Notes: generated by a model from the letters alone, not told the origin. A stretch of 64,000 bases of DNA from an uncultured Poribacteria bacterium (GCA_958296125.1 OY282444.1:4633266-4697265); one strand, 5' to 3'; positions 1 to 10,067 are shown, numbered from the stretch's first letter. A program made the numbers and translations.

Positions 1-390
1 TGAATTGCGCTACTACCAACCCCTAATGCTTGTTACTTATTGATATAGTGTGTAGGGATTCAGCATTGCTATATACATACCGCCCCCCAGGCACTATGGT
101 TGGGCAAGATACCCGCCCTATGGGGGTGGACTGTAGGGCAGGTTGAACGGTTAAAAGTGAATCCATATCAAGGATGATAGCGGCTCAACCTGTCAAAAGC
201 ACCGTTTCATGAATAGATATAGTGAACCCCAACACTCAATCCACGCACTGATTATCAAGAGTTGGGGTTCTAGCTATACGCATTCCACCCCGCTGGGGTA
301 ATGTCGGTTCATTAATGAACTCAATTTGTCATACCGTAGTATTCACAATGGTCACAGTAAGAGGTTACGACATACGGAGTATGCCCTACA

Positions 391-3300
391 TTACTCGCCC
401 AGTGAAATGAGATAATCTCTCACCAGCCGGATCTGTTCTTCGGCATCTTCGACTGCAAAGCCATCAATAGGTTGATGTGTGCCGCTAATCTTGGGCCAAG
501 CTTGTGGCATCGCAGTTCCCGGTTGGAAGGATTGCGGGTCTTTGAGCCATTCAATGACCCAATCAGCTTTGAGACGACCCTTCGCTAGCGCGAGGTCGGG
601 ACGCCCGGTTTTATCGCTGCCCGGTGGGATAACTTCGCCTTGTTCTGGATGGCAGGAGATACACTGGAGTGCGTCAAAGATCTGTTTGCCGACGCGAAGC
701 TCCCTTTGAGACACCGGTTGTAATGCGATAGTTTCATACGGGAATGTCTCATCTTCAAGCGCAGAGAAGTATTTTACAAGTGCGGTCGCTTCCTCGTCCG
801 GGAGGCCGAAAGTAGGCATCCGAACTTCAAGGCCGTAGCGGATAGGAGTGGGGGCTTTTAGGAACGCAAACAACCAATCCGGATAAACCCTCGTGCCTTG
901 CGCTTGCAGGGTAGGCGGGGCGAAGCGCTTGGCATTCAGCAGGTCTAGTGCTTGATTAGCGGCAACCACATTCACGAAATCGCCGCCCTTCCCTTCAATT
1001 TCATGGCAGCCGGTGCAGTTATATTTTTTGGCTAACCGGCGCCCAGCATCAATCTGCCACGTCTTCTCGATCGGTTGATGAATGTAGCTCACCGGGTATT
1101 TTACAGGTTGGAAACTCTTGAGCAGAACAGCGAGGGCGCGTGCCTCTTCTTCACCGATGGTGTGTTCGCTAAAGACGGGCATTCGGGAGACAATACGGCG
1201 CGTTTGATAGCGTCTTGGATTGGTTAACTTTCCGATTGTCCAACCGTGCCAACTGTGTTCGACATCTGTCGTGTCTCCGAAGTCTAGTTCCTCAACGGTC
1301 TTGGCACCAAACTCGCCGAGGTCTGCACCGACCTTTGATTCATTCTCGAAGCCGGGAATATTATGGCAACCGAAGCAACCGTAGGTGCGAACTAGCTTTT
1401 CTCCCTCCGCTGGATCGATGGCTGCGTGGGGATTTTCGTTGCCGGCAATAGGAGAGGTTGTTGGCTCTTGCAGCGACATCAGGTAGGCAACCGTATTGTT
1501 CACCTCAGTTTTGGTCAAACGGAGGCTAGGCATAGCGGTGTCGGGATCGTAAGATTTTGGATCGCTAATCCATTGACGTAGGAATTGTGGTGTGAGTTTG
1601 CTGCCGACATTATCCAATTTTGGCGCGAAATCACTTCCGAGTCCGTCAACCGCATGACACGACAGGCACCCAACTGACTTAACAACCTGTTCACCGGCGG
1701 CAATTGCACGGGGTGCCGTCGAGAATGAGGCATCGCTTTGATCTATAGCAGAATCTTTCATCTGCGCCAAGTATGCCGCAATCGATTTCACTTCATCGAC
1801 AACCCGTTCAACGGCGGTGTCAGGATAAGGATATTTTGTGCCATCATCCTTTTGGAGGATAATGCCGGTGTCGGTCTTGGTGACGACACCGTAGTGTTTA
1901 TTTCCATTTTTGAGGTAAACCGCTTGGGTCAACTTTTCGACGGGGAAGAAATCTGGCATCTTGGTCTCTGGTAGATAGGCGGTCGGCTGTTTAATCCACC
2001 CTTCCAACCAGTCAACGCTATTGACTTTACTGCCGATTTTGGCAAGCGATGGACCCACTTTGTCGAGGTCCGCTAACACGGAATATCCCTCAACAGCATG
2101 ACACCCGTGACACCCGATGTCCTCAAAGATTGCCATCCCTTTCGAGAGGTCGGGCGAATAATCTTGGAGCTGTCCGGTCTCCGGATTGGGAGCGTCCAAC
2201 ATCATCACGCCGTCATGGCAGCGCCGACAGTTAGACTGCATGTAGCCGTGCAACTCCTCTGAGGCTTTACCTATGTGTTCATCCAACCCCAAGACGGGTG
2301 TCAACCAATACTCTTTCTTATGGTCTAAGGCGTGTGCAGCTTTTTGAGTTAGCCCTTGTCCCTGTCCGCCGTGGCAGGGGGTGCATCCAAATCTTTTAAC
2401 GGGGTGCTTAGCGAGTAACACATCGCGATGGGGATGCGTCCGAAGCACGGGATCATATCCAGTCTCATACGCAATCTCGATGAGGTCAGCATAAATATCT
2501 GGATCAGTAAAGGTTAACTCGCCATCCTCGCTTAATTCATAACTGCCCTCTTCTGCGTCTTCCTCATCAATAAGCACCGTTTCGCTCCCTGCTTTAATAT
2601 AGGGATGTTTTAATTGGAGTGTCAGACTGTTTTCGCCGTCCCCTTCAATCTCCTCAAATTGCTCTTTAGCAAACCCTTCGTATCCAGCTTTGTCCGAAGC
2701 GAAGTGACAGGTCGCGCATCGATCCGCCGTATAATCAAAATCTTCAATGTAGTATTGAACGACTGTACGTGTCTTTGTAAAGGGGCTTTCTGCCAATGTG
2801 CCGATGAAAGTGCGCTTAATACCACCGACAGAATGGAGTTTCTCCCCAAGTCTGTCAACCTCAGCGTATTTCGCTTTATCCGCTTTCGCAGCCTCAATTC
2901 TCGTCTGAAGGCCACTAATCTTCGCTGCAATCGTCGTATCCGCTGCGTTATATTTCCGGGCGAGGAGATACTCGCCGAGTGCTGCCTCAACGTGTCCATT
3001 GGACTCATAGAAATCAGCGAGACTTTTATAAGCAGCGGCAAGATTCCGCTCCGCCTCCAGCACAGCGTCCGTCAGTGTTCCCTCAATTCGACTCTCAAAC
3101 TCGTCTAATTTCTTTTTCCATTTTTCCGATTTCTCTTTTTCTCCATGGTGCAGTGCATACTGGTATTTATAGTTGATTGCATCCGACTCACTCTGATCAA
3201 ATTTACGATCCTGCAAGGCTTCGTCTAACTTAATCTGCAACCCCGCAATCGCATCCCTTAGCGTCCCCTCTTTTTTAGGGTCAATTTCTTGAGGTCCTTC

Positions 3301-3516
3301 AATCTCAGGCAGATCCTGTTTTGCCTTTGCCAACTCAATCTTGGTTTTTTGATACTCGTATTCGTAAAATTGCCGCTGAATCTCCTTCCATGGTCGTCTA
3401 GTAATTGTTTCGTTATAGAAACCCCACAGCGTAACGAATCCCAACAAACCGGAAAGGATAAAAAACAGTGCTGCATAAGATTTTTCCTCAACCAGAATTT
3501 CTTTTTTGCTCCTCAC
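391..3516 (-). CDS. Multiheme c-type cytochrome (8 CxxCH motifs), membrane-anchored with long coiled-coil region; terminal gene of bc-complex operon
   Basis: Eight CxxCH motifs (CATCH, CTPCH, CRRCH, CHGCH, CLSCH, CFGCH, CTGCH, CISCH). N-terminal TM helix followed by about 250 aa of E/K/A/L-rich coiled coil. Co-oriented immediately after the Rieske/cyt b/subunit IV genes. Confidence 0.85.
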   Translation of the reverse strand: MRSKKEILVEEKSYAALFFILSGLLGFVTLWGFYNETITRRPWKEIQRQFYEYEYQKTKIELAKAKQDLPEIEGPQEIDPKKEGTLRDAIAGLQIKLDEALQDRKFDQSESDAINYKYQYALHHGEKEKSEKWKKKLDEFESRIEGTLTDAVLEAERNLAAAYKSLADFYESNGHVEAALGEYLLARKYNAADTTIAAKISGLQTRIEAAKADKAKYAEVDRLGEKLHSVGGIKRTFIGTLAESPFTKTRTVVQYYIEDFDYTADRCATCHFASDKAGYEGFAKEQFEEIEGDGENSLTLQLKHPYIKAGSETVLIDEEDAEEGSYELSEDGELTFTDPDIYADLIEIAYETGYDPVLRTHPHRDVLLAKHPVKRFGCTPCHGGQGQGLTQKAAHALDHKKEYWLTPVLGLDEHIGKASEELHGYMQSNCRRCHDGVMMLDAPNPETGQLQDYSPDLSKGMAIFEDIGCHGCHAVEGYSVLADLDKVGPSLAKIGSKVNSVDWLEGWIKQPTAYLPETKMPDFFPVEKLTQAVYLKNGNKHYGVVTKTDTGIILQKDDGTKYPYPDTAVERVVDEVKSIAAYLAQMKDSAIDQSDASFSTAPRAIAAGEQVVKSVGCLSCHAVDGLGSDFAPKLDNVGSKLTPQFLRQWISDPKSYDPDTAMPSLRLTKTEVNNTVAYLMSLQEPTTSPIAGNENPHAAIDPAEGEKLVRTYGCFGCHNIPGFENESKVGADLGEFGAKTVEELDFGDTTDVEHSWHGWTIGKLTNPRRYQTRRIVSRMPVFSEHTIGEEEARALAVLLKSFQPVKYPVSYIHQPIEKTWQIDAGRRLAKKYNCTGCHEIEGKGGDFVNVVAANQALDLLNAKRFAPPTLQAQGTRVYPDWLFAFLKAPTPIRYGLEVRMPTFGLPDEEATALVKYFSALEDETFPYETIALQPVSQRELRVGKQIFDALQCISCHPEQGEVIPPGSDKTGRPDLALAKGRLKADWVIEWLKDPQSFQPGTAMPQAWPKISGTHQPIDGFAVEDAEEQIRLVRDYLISLGE

Positions 3517-3573
3517 GATTCCTATTGACTCCTTACTGTTTGAATGGACGAATTACACATTACGCAATACGCC

Positions 3574-4440
3574 CTAGATATTAAACCACGGAGAAACCCA
3601 AATGTACTTGATATTCAATGTCCACCGAAGAATCATCTTGATTGGTAAAGCCATCATCGTTAAGAGCAAGAATGAAACAACGATGTACCGTACCAATCCC
3701 AACTCCTGAAGAAATTTGCTCGTTCCTCTTTTCAAAAAGTAATAGATAGGGCCCAAAGCAAAATATCCAGCGACAGCACACAACCCGAAAATACCGGCGG
3801 GTTGTTCGTTCCGGATGCCGAATAGGTAAGATAGGTTGACGTTAGTTAACGGCACAACTTTGTGCGGATCCCACTCTTTCCATGGGGCGAAAAAGTTCCA
3901 ACCGGGCCCTCTCAGGAAGGTGCCGACGACCATCAGCACAATCCATAACACGAAAAAACCGAAACAGAAGGTTATCAGTGCAAACGGACGTTCTTTTAGG
4001 GTGTAGTAACCTTTCCCTCTGGGATTGATATCTATGTAGGGAATGGCGATTAAACCAGCGATGATTAGCCCCGGCAAAACAACACCTGCAATCCACGGAT
4101 CAAAGTAAACCAGCATTTCTTGTAGCGCGAGGAAATACCAAGGGGCTTTAGAGGGATTCGGGGTTTTTGTCGGATCGCTTGGCTCTTCAAGCGGGGCATC
4201 AATAGTAATAGACCATATCCCCAGAACCAGCATTATAATAATCGCACAGAGAAACTCGTTGCGGCAAAGGTAGGGCCAACAATAGACTTTATCATTAAGA
4301 GCTGCTTCTGCCGGTGTGCCGGCTCGGTCATTTCTACGCCCTTGGCTGAATGCAAGCCAAGTGAATAAAGGTAACAATAACACAATTGCAACAATCGGAA
4401 CGTTGTCAGGCTTCGTAACCAATTCAAGAAAATGCTCCAT
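3574..4440 (-). CDS. Cytochrome b C-terminal domain / b6f subunit IV-like membrane protein
   Basis: Polytopic membrane protein with a PWYFLALQEM...PYID region resembling the PEWY segment of cytochrome b subunit IV. Located between cyt b6 and cyt c genes. Confidence 0.75.
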   Translation of the reverse strand: MEHFLELVTKPDNVPIVAIVLLLPLFTWLAFSQGRRNDRAGTPAEAALNDKVYCWPYLCRNEFLCAIIIMLVLGIWSITIDAPLEEPSDPTKTPNPSKAPWYFLALQEMLVYFDPWIAGVVLPGLIIAGLIAIPYIDINPRGKGYYTLKERPFALITFCFGFFVLWIVLMVVGTFLRGPGWNFFAPWKEWDPHKVVPLTNVNLSYLFGIRNEQPAGIFGLCAVAGYFALGPIYYFLKRGTSKFLQELGLVRYIVVSFLLLTMMALPIKMILRWTLNIKYIWVSPWFNI

Positions 4441-4467
4441 ATATCACCTCAATCAATAGGGATTAAC

Positions 4468-4538
4468 ACTCATGTTAAGAAATCGTGCAACAGAAACCGA
4501 TTTTTTTTAGTGCTTTGCACTTTCTTTTTACATGAGCC
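4468..4538 (+). repeat. MITE-like element copy A with terminal inverted repeats (ctcatgttaagaa ... tttacatgagcc)
   Basis: Shares a TIR and an internal ATCGTGCAACAGAAACCGA block with copies at 14897-14987 and 57384-57442. Lies in the cyt b6 / subunit IV intergenic spacer. Contains the hairpin agtgctttgcact followed by a T-run. Confidence 0.7.
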
Positions 4539-4559
4539 GGGATTAAAATGAATCCAGTC

Positions 4560-5333
4560 CTACAGCGGGCCAGAAATACCCCCGTCCTTGCGGACCCGCC
4601 AAAAATGTAGTGCCATCAACACACTTGCCAAAAGCGGCACAGCGACACAATGCAGGATGTAAAACCGCAAGAGCGTTGAGGGCCCAACAATTGTCCCACC
4701 AAGGAGGGCAAAGCGCACATCATTCGATTGGGTGACAATATCCTGTGGGTGGAATGGACCTTCATGCCCTAAAACCGGTGTCGCTCGCGCCATGTTCGTT
4801 CCGACGGTGACCGCCCAAAATGCGAGTTGATCCCACGGCAGCAGGTAGCCGGTAAAACTAAGGAAAAAGGTCACAAGCAGTAGAATGACACCAACCCCCC
4901 AGTTAAATTCACGCGGCTTTTTATAAGACCCTGTCAGGAAAACGCGGAACATGTGAAGCATCACTGCGATGACCATACCGTGCGCCGCCCAGCGGTGCAT
5001 ATTGCGTAGGAGCATTCCAAAGGGGATGTCAAACTCAAGATACTGTATATCACGAAATGCGTACTCGGCGGTAGGACGATAGTAGAACATCAGTAACACA
5101 CCTGTAACGGCGGTGACGAGAAACATCAGAAAGGTAATCCCTCCCATACACCATGTAAATCGGAAATTAATCGCGTGGCGGGTAACGCGGGGGGGATGGA
5201 GATGTAGCCAGACATTTTGGAGGACTTGGAGGGTGTACCGCCTTCCTGTTTTTTCGTAGCCATGGCGAAACATCGACTGCCAAATTGGGTTATTTGTGAT
5301 TTTCTCTTTTAATCCATTACGTCTTTCATTCAT
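4560..5333 (-). CDS. petB: Cytochrome b6 (N-terminal heme-b domain of split cytochrome b)
   Basis: Conserved cyt b motifs: RxxHRWAAHxM...H heme ligands, GYLLPWDQ. Four TM helices. Confidence 0.85.
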   Translation of the reverse strand: MNERRNGLKEKITNNPIWQSMFRHGYEKTGRRYTLQVLQNVWLHLHPPRVTRHAINFRFTWCMGGITFLMFLVTAVTGVLLMFYYRPTAEYAFRDIQYLEFDIPFGMLLRNMHRWAAHGMVIAVMLHMFRVFLTGSYKKPREFNWGVGVILLLVTFFLSFTGYLLPWDQLAFWAVTVGTNMARATPVLGHEGPFHPQDIVTQSNDVRFALLGGTIVGPSTLLRFYILHCVAVPLLASVLMALHFWRVRKDGGISGPL

Positions 5334-5498
5334 ATCAACAACTCAGCCTGCCTCGCGTTAGCATAACCAAGGCTGTATAGCTCCTTTCTTGCTCAATTTG
5401 ATTTTGTCGTTAAGACCGCACCAAAAGGGGGTACAGTTTAATCGAATGGGAAACAACAGCTGTCAGGAGGGAACGTAGATTATGAACCATCGACTGCA

Positions 5499-6044
5499 CT
5501 AAATCCTTAAAGAAGATCCCGCTTTCTCCCAATCGCCCCGCTCTTCCAGAAACTTCACGGACTTATCGATCAGCAATTGTCCATCAGGTGCCATCGTAAT
5601 TTGCACACGCTCAAGGGGCCTCGGTGCAGGACCCTCAAAGTGCATCCCTTCACGGTCAAACCCACTCCCATGACAAGGACACTTAAACTTATTCTCAGAC
5701 GCAAGCCATCGAGGGGTACAACCGAGATGCGTGCAGATAGCTAACAACGCGTAAAACTCGCCATCTTCTTTCCGAACAATCCAAACGCGATACGGATTTT
5801 TTTTGAACTTCTCGCTAACCGTTCCGGGCGGATATTCACCGGGAAATCCGGCCTTAAAGACCGAAGATGGTTCAAAAAGGACTCGCGGGTATAAAAATCG
5901 AATCAATCCAGGACCAAAGGCAAGCCCAGTAGCAGCAAGGAAATTTCCCCAGCCCAGAAACTTAAAAAATGAACGTCGAGATAACACCAACTTCACCTCA
6001 AATTCAAAGTTTGTGGAATTAGTAAAACGGCGTGTGAAAAGCAA
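5499..6044 (-). CDS. Rieske 2Fe-2S protein with Tat signal (likely true start GTG at 5987 preceded by GAGGTG RBS)
   Basis: CTHLGC...CPCHGS Rieske boxes. SRRSFFKF twin-arginine motif. The ORF starts with TTG; a better RBS+GTG gives MLSRRSFF. Confidence 0.85.
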   Translation of the reverse strand: MLFTRRFTNSTNFEFEVKLVLSRRSFFKFLGWGNFLAATGLAFGPGLIRFLYPRVLFEPSSVFKAGFPGEYPPGTVSEKFKKNPYRVWIVRKEDGEFYALLAICTHLGCTPRWLASENKFKCPCHGSGFDREGMHFEGPAPRPLERVQITMAPDGQLLIDKSVKFLEERGDWEKAGSSLRI

Positions 6045-6120
6045 AGGACACGATCCGAGTGTTTTGATTGCAGTTTGTCCAATCGGCAGTGATTATAGCA
6101 TGACGCAAAAAAGAGATCAA

Positions 6121-6158
6121 GTCATAAAATGAAAGGGGGCACGGATATCCGTGACCCC
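6121..6158 (-). terminator. Rho-independent-like terminator after the aldolase gene
   Basis: gggggcacgg-atat-ccgtgacccc hairpin (9/10 bp). Followed on the minus strand by a U-rich tract (TTTCATTTTAT). Confidence 0.5.
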
Positions 6159-6224
6159 TTCAGAACCCCATGAGCCCATTGAGTTTCACCCGTTCAGTTG
6201 ATAATCCGAACGTTTCACGCATTC

Positions 6225-6869
6225 TCAAGCATTCACCTTGACATGCGTGCCCTTCATCTGCGCCACAACGTGCTGAATGCAGTCTTCAACCGTTTTGAAT
6301 GGATGGTCTGGATACAATTCTAAACTAAAGTTCAGGTCATTCGCACCAAAGACGAACATATCAATACCCGGTTTGCCAAGATGTCGTGCATTGGTTATCG
6401 CATTGACCGACTCCAGTTGTAGGCAGAGGATGCCGTTGTTGTTCCACCATTCGGCGTATTCCAGTCGCTCCATATCCGGTTTGAAGCCGTACCCCGAACT
6501 GGGACCCCAACTCCTTTTTCCGATCGGCGGATAGTAGAAGGCGTTTATCGCCTCATCAACCGTTTCCTCGTCCTCAACCTGTGGCACCACAATGGAAAAT
6601 GGACCTAAGTCCAGGTAATTGCCGATTAGGTACGCCTGCCGCGTGTTTTTGATGCGAAACTGGGTAGGCACCCCCAACTCCGCTGCTGTAGCACAAAATG
6701 AGACCAATCTATCTTCGTTGAATGCTGCGTGCTGGCTGTCAATAGAGACTACGTCGTAGGAATCTTGACTGAGGAGGGCTTCGAGTTCGCTCCTTGAGGT
6801 GTCTATGGAAGACCCTGCGACTTTGAGGCTTTCCCCCCGGTGTAGACGTTGTTTCAACGATTCTGACAT
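6225..6869 (-). CDS. HpcH/HpaI (2-keto-3-deoxy-acid) aldolase family protein, short C-terminus
   Basis: YPPIGKRSWG matches the HpcH YPPxGxRG active-site region. D-rich metal site. Followed by a hairpin terminator. Confidence 0.7.
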   Translation of the reverse strand: MSESLKQRLHRGESLKVAGSSIDTSRSELEALLSQDSYDVVSIDSQHAAFNEDRLVSFCATAAELGVPTQFRIKNTRQAYLIGNYLDLGPFSIVVPQVEDEETVDEAINAFYYPPIGKRSWGPSSGYGFKPDMERLEYAEWWNNNGILCLQLESVNAITNARHLGKPGIDMFVFGANDLNFSLELYPDHPFKTVEDCIQHVVAQMKGTHVKVNA

Positions 6870-7037
6870 TTTTCGCTACCTCCTTGATGTTGTTGACAAG
6901 TTATCTTCCTCGTCATCGAAGTGGAAGGTAAATGGTAAAAATAGTCACATGTCGCCCCACTGGAACTAATGAACCTGTGAGCGTTTACACATTACGCATC
7001 ACGTTTCACACATTCTATATTGAGATATCTTCCCCGG

Positions 7038-8462
7038 TTATTCTGCGTTTTTCTCCTTTATCCGCACGCTATTCATCATATCTCCCGCACGAAGCTGATC
7101 GACCACCTCCATCCCAGCAATGACTTTCCCAAAGGTTGTATATTGACCGTTGAGACTAAAATAGCGAGAGGGTTTTGTGTCCAAACAGATGTAAAATTGG
7201 CTTCCTGCGGAGTCCGGATCGTTAGCTCGTGCCATAGCGACCACCCCTTTTCGGTGTCGGGGCATCTTCGCCCGCAGTTCCGGATTTTGAAACTCGCCCG
7301 GAATCGTCCACCCCGGTCCCCCCATACCATCGCCACTTGGATCCCCACCTTGAATTACAAAGTTCTCTACATACCGATGAAAGGTGAGACCATTGTAAAA
7401 CTCCATTTCAACTAGCTTGATAAAGTTGGCAACGGTTTTCGGGGCGATGTCTGGGTAAAGTTCCATTTCGATTGTGCCTTTGTCTGTCTTAAGCACAACA
7501 ACAGGATGTTCAATCCGCAACCGTGCAAGGATTGCGCGGTGATCCGATACCCCGCTGACATCAATAATTTCACACCGCTTGTCCTCCTCAACATTGCGAA
7601 ACTCATTCCGCAAGCTTGGACTGATGAGGATGTGATCGAGTAGATTTTTCTGATCCTCGTGGATGTATGTGTACCGCTCCTCCGCTTCAACTGCATTGGC
7701 GGTCTGGAGGAAATCTCCCCAAATGTCATCGAACCCACGGATCCGGTTGATGACTGGCGTTGCCGGTGTGTCGTTCATGTTCCCCATGACGATGACATTC
7801 TTCCCTCCCATCATTGCCTTGACAGCTTGCCGACGCACAACGGTGGCTTGTGCAAGCCGCTTGGCATCGCTTGGATTGAGGCGAGAGACAAGGTGAGCAA
7901 TTAGGATATAGAAAGGTTGATTGTCAATCTTCAATTCGACCCCCAGAATCTTTGAAAGGTGTACGTCGTGCTCTTGGTCATCCACGAAGTAAATTTCACG
8001 CTCATCTGGAAAGTTCGTTGCGCTCCCCCGCACAATCCGAAATTTCGTGAGGATAGCGACACCTTGACCGGTATAGGTGTCGCTGCCTTCATCGAAGGCG
8101 ATTTGCCAGTCGTCGGGCCTTGCGAGGTAAGATTTGACTTTTTCGAGGACAGCTCGGTTTTCAACCTCAACGAGACCGACGATATTGGCTTCGTGTGTAT
8201 CAATAAGTTCAGCGATGGTCTTGGCTTTTGCCTCATATTGCTCTGCGGTTGGTGCAGGCACAGATTTGCCGACAACCTCTCCGTGTAGTTCTTCATCATC
8301 GAAAAAGAATTCAGTGCTCAGTAAGAAGATATCAATTTCAACGTCCCCAACTGCCGGACTAAGCAAGCATAACATCAAACAGAGCACTGCAAGAATTGCA
8401 AAAACGGGTCTATGGTGCATCTCATTTCCTTCCATCAACAGGACTCTCAGTTCTAAAAGCAC
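7038..8462 (-). CDS. Secreted fusion protein: endonuclease/exonuclease/phosphatase (EEP) domain + cyclophilin-type peptidyl-prolyl isomerase
   Basis: Signal peptide (MHHRPVFAILAVLCLMLCLLSPAVG). EEP motifs IVGLVEV, GNMND, LLDHIL, SDHRAI. C-terminal cyclophilin motifs FHRYVENFVIQGGDP, GGPGWTIPGEF, FYICL. Confidence 0.8.
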   Translation of the reverse strand: MLLELRVLLMEGNEMHHRPVFAILAVLCLMLCLLSPAVGDVEIDIFLLSTEFFFDDEELHGEVVGKSVPAPTAEQYEAKAKTIAELIDTHEANIVGLVEVENRAVLEKVKSYLARPDDWQIAFDEGSDTYTGQGVAILTKFRIVRGSATNFPDEREIYFVDDQEHDVHLSKILGVELKIDNQPFYILIAHLVSRLNPSDAKRLAQATVVRRQAVKAMMGGKNVIVMGNMNDTPATPVINRIRGFDDIWGDFLQTANAVEAEERYTYIHEDQKNLLDHILISPSLRNEFRNVEEDKRCEIIDVSGVSDHRAILARLRIEHPVVVLKTDKGTIEMELYPDIAPKTVANFIKLVEMEFYNGLTFHRYVENFVIQGGDPSGDGMGGPGWTIPGEFQNPELRAKMPRHRKGVVAMARANDPDSAGSQFYICLDTKPSRYFSLNGQYTTFGKVIAGMEVVDQLRAGDMMNSVRIKEKNAE

Positions 8463-8558
8463 ATAAGGACGCGGATTTCACAGATTTTCGCAGATAAAAA
8501 AAAACGAAAGCGATCTGTGTTTATCAGCGTCCCTTTGAATTTTTTTACGCCCAGCATT

Positions 8559-10004
8559 TCATTCTTCGATTGTTTCCCAATCGAGATTACTCTCATTCCA
8601 CTCAAATACTTCAAGCGGACCAAATTTCAGGTTAATCGTCAAACTTCTAGGGGTTGGCGAACTATCAAAACGATTGAAGTCGCGGATAACCACATAGGTA
8701 TGCTGGCCATCAGAAATTTCCGCACAGGCAACGATAAAATCGTCGAGATTCCTAATCGCCCGTCCATTGATTTCCAGAATAACTACTTTTGAATTACCGC
8801 TGCGCTCGCGGATGCCAACGCGGGAAAAGCTACTCCCCGCATCTGCATGTGGGAGGTAGACCCCATCCGCCTCAAAGTAGAGTAGATGCCTGAGTTGAGG
8901 GGTTATATCGTGAAAGGCGGATCCGGCGAAACGGACAAACCGACGCACTTTCTTTAACTCGATATCTTCTACGAAGACTTCAACCGTTACAGCTGTTCCG
9001 TTGCGATAGATATCCAAGGTCACACTTTTCCCGGCGTTTTCGTTGAGGATTGCGTCGAAAGTATATAGATCATCACGAATTAACTTTCCATTAATCTTGT
9101 AGATAATATCGGAAGCAAGGAGGCTTGCCTCACCTGTGGTTTTGGGAATAATCGACTCAATCTGAATCACTTTCGGCGTTCCCGAATCTGAGGGGCCAAT
9201 CTCTGCGCGAGATGCTTCGGGTAGCCCAAAATGCTTAATCGCCTCTCCAATCGAGATTAGCTCCAAATCCACACCAATCTCCCCACGTTGAATTGTCCCC
9301 CCAGCTTGGATCTGTTTGAGGGCATCGATTACATAATTGATAGGCAGTTCAAAACTGGAGGTGTCGGTTCCGCGCGCATGGAGAGCGATGACCTGACCTT
9401 TTGTGTTCCAGACAGGACTGCCGCTCGATCCGCCTGTGCGATCAAACGTTGTATGGATGTAGCTGGAATGCCGATCCCCTTTGTTCACGTTGAGATTGGC
9501 AACCGTGCCAAACTTGATGGAATACTCCTCCTTCTCATTATTGCCGATTAGGAGTAGTTCATCCCCCAGCGCAAGATTCCGCCAAGAACCGAGTTGCACG
9601 GCTTGGAGATCAAACAGCACCTCCTTCGGGTCGATCTTGTAGAAACCGAAATCGTGCGTCGGATCATAGTAAAGCACCTGTGCCTCCGTAAAGCTACCGT
9701 CGTAGAAGTTGATCTTGACATAAGATGGGCTGCTGCCGGTAACATGCCGATTGGTTGCAATAATTCCGTGCTCCGCATCAACGATGAAGCCGGTGGCGAA
9801 ACTGGTCCCCTTCGCCTCTGTTTCAAACACAACCTCCGAAGAGGTCTCGACATTCACGACCATCGGTTTGAAAGCGGCAATCTGTTCTGTCCAATCGTGT
9901 TCTGCGGTACTTTCCAAGACAATTCCCCCGCCTCCTAAAACAACTATTAGCAACCAAACGACAATCTCTCTTCCAATTTTGGGTTGACCCCATCTCAAAA
10001 ACAT
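8559..10004 (-). CDS. HtrA/DegP-like trypsin-family serine protease with PDZ domains, membrane-anchored
   Basis: GSSGSPV catalytic Ser motif, His/Asp upstream, N-terminal TM helix, C-terminal PDZ-like regions. Confidence 0.85.
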   Translation of the reverse strand: MFLRWGQPKIGREIVVWLLIVVLGGGGIVLESTAEHDWTEQIAAFKPMVVNVETSSEVVFETEAKGTSFATGFIVDAEHGIIATNRHVTGSSPSYVKINFYDGSFTEAQVLYYDPTHDFGFYKIDPKEVLFDLQAVQLGSWRNLALGDELLLIGNNEKEEYSIKFGTVANLNVNKGDRHSSYIHTTFDRTGGSSGSPVWNTKGQVIALHARGTDTSSFELPINYVIDALKQIQAGGTIQRGEIGVDLELISIGEAIKHFGLPEASRAEIGPSDSGTPKVIQIESIIPKTTGEASLLASDIIYKINGKLIRDDLYTFDAILNENAGKSVTLDIYRNGTAVTVEVFVEDIELKKVRRFVRFAGSAFHDITPQLRHLLYFEADGVYLPHADAGSSFSRVGIRERSGNSKVVILEINGRAIRNLDDFIVACAEISDGQHTYVVIRDFNRFDSSPTPRSLTINLKFGPLEVFEWNESNLDWETIEE

Positions 10005-10067
10005 TGTTATTCCTCCATTATTAAGAATGAGGGCGACAACAAGGGTTGCCCCTACTGTTCACATCAA

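Noticed and set aside
2614-3108. 164-aa (+) and 139-aa (-) ORFs inside the cytochrome c gene
   Set aside because: They overlap the multiheme cytochrome coding frame, which is validated by CxxCH motifs. They are low-complexity shadow frames.
8467-8550. Long imperfect hairpin (ggacgc...cacagat/atctgtg...gcgtcc) followed by a T-run on the plus strand between htrA and the EEP-PPIase gene
   Set aside because: The T-run is on the non-transcribed orientation for the flanking minus-strand genes. It could be a bidirectional terminator, but the stem has many mismatches. Not called.
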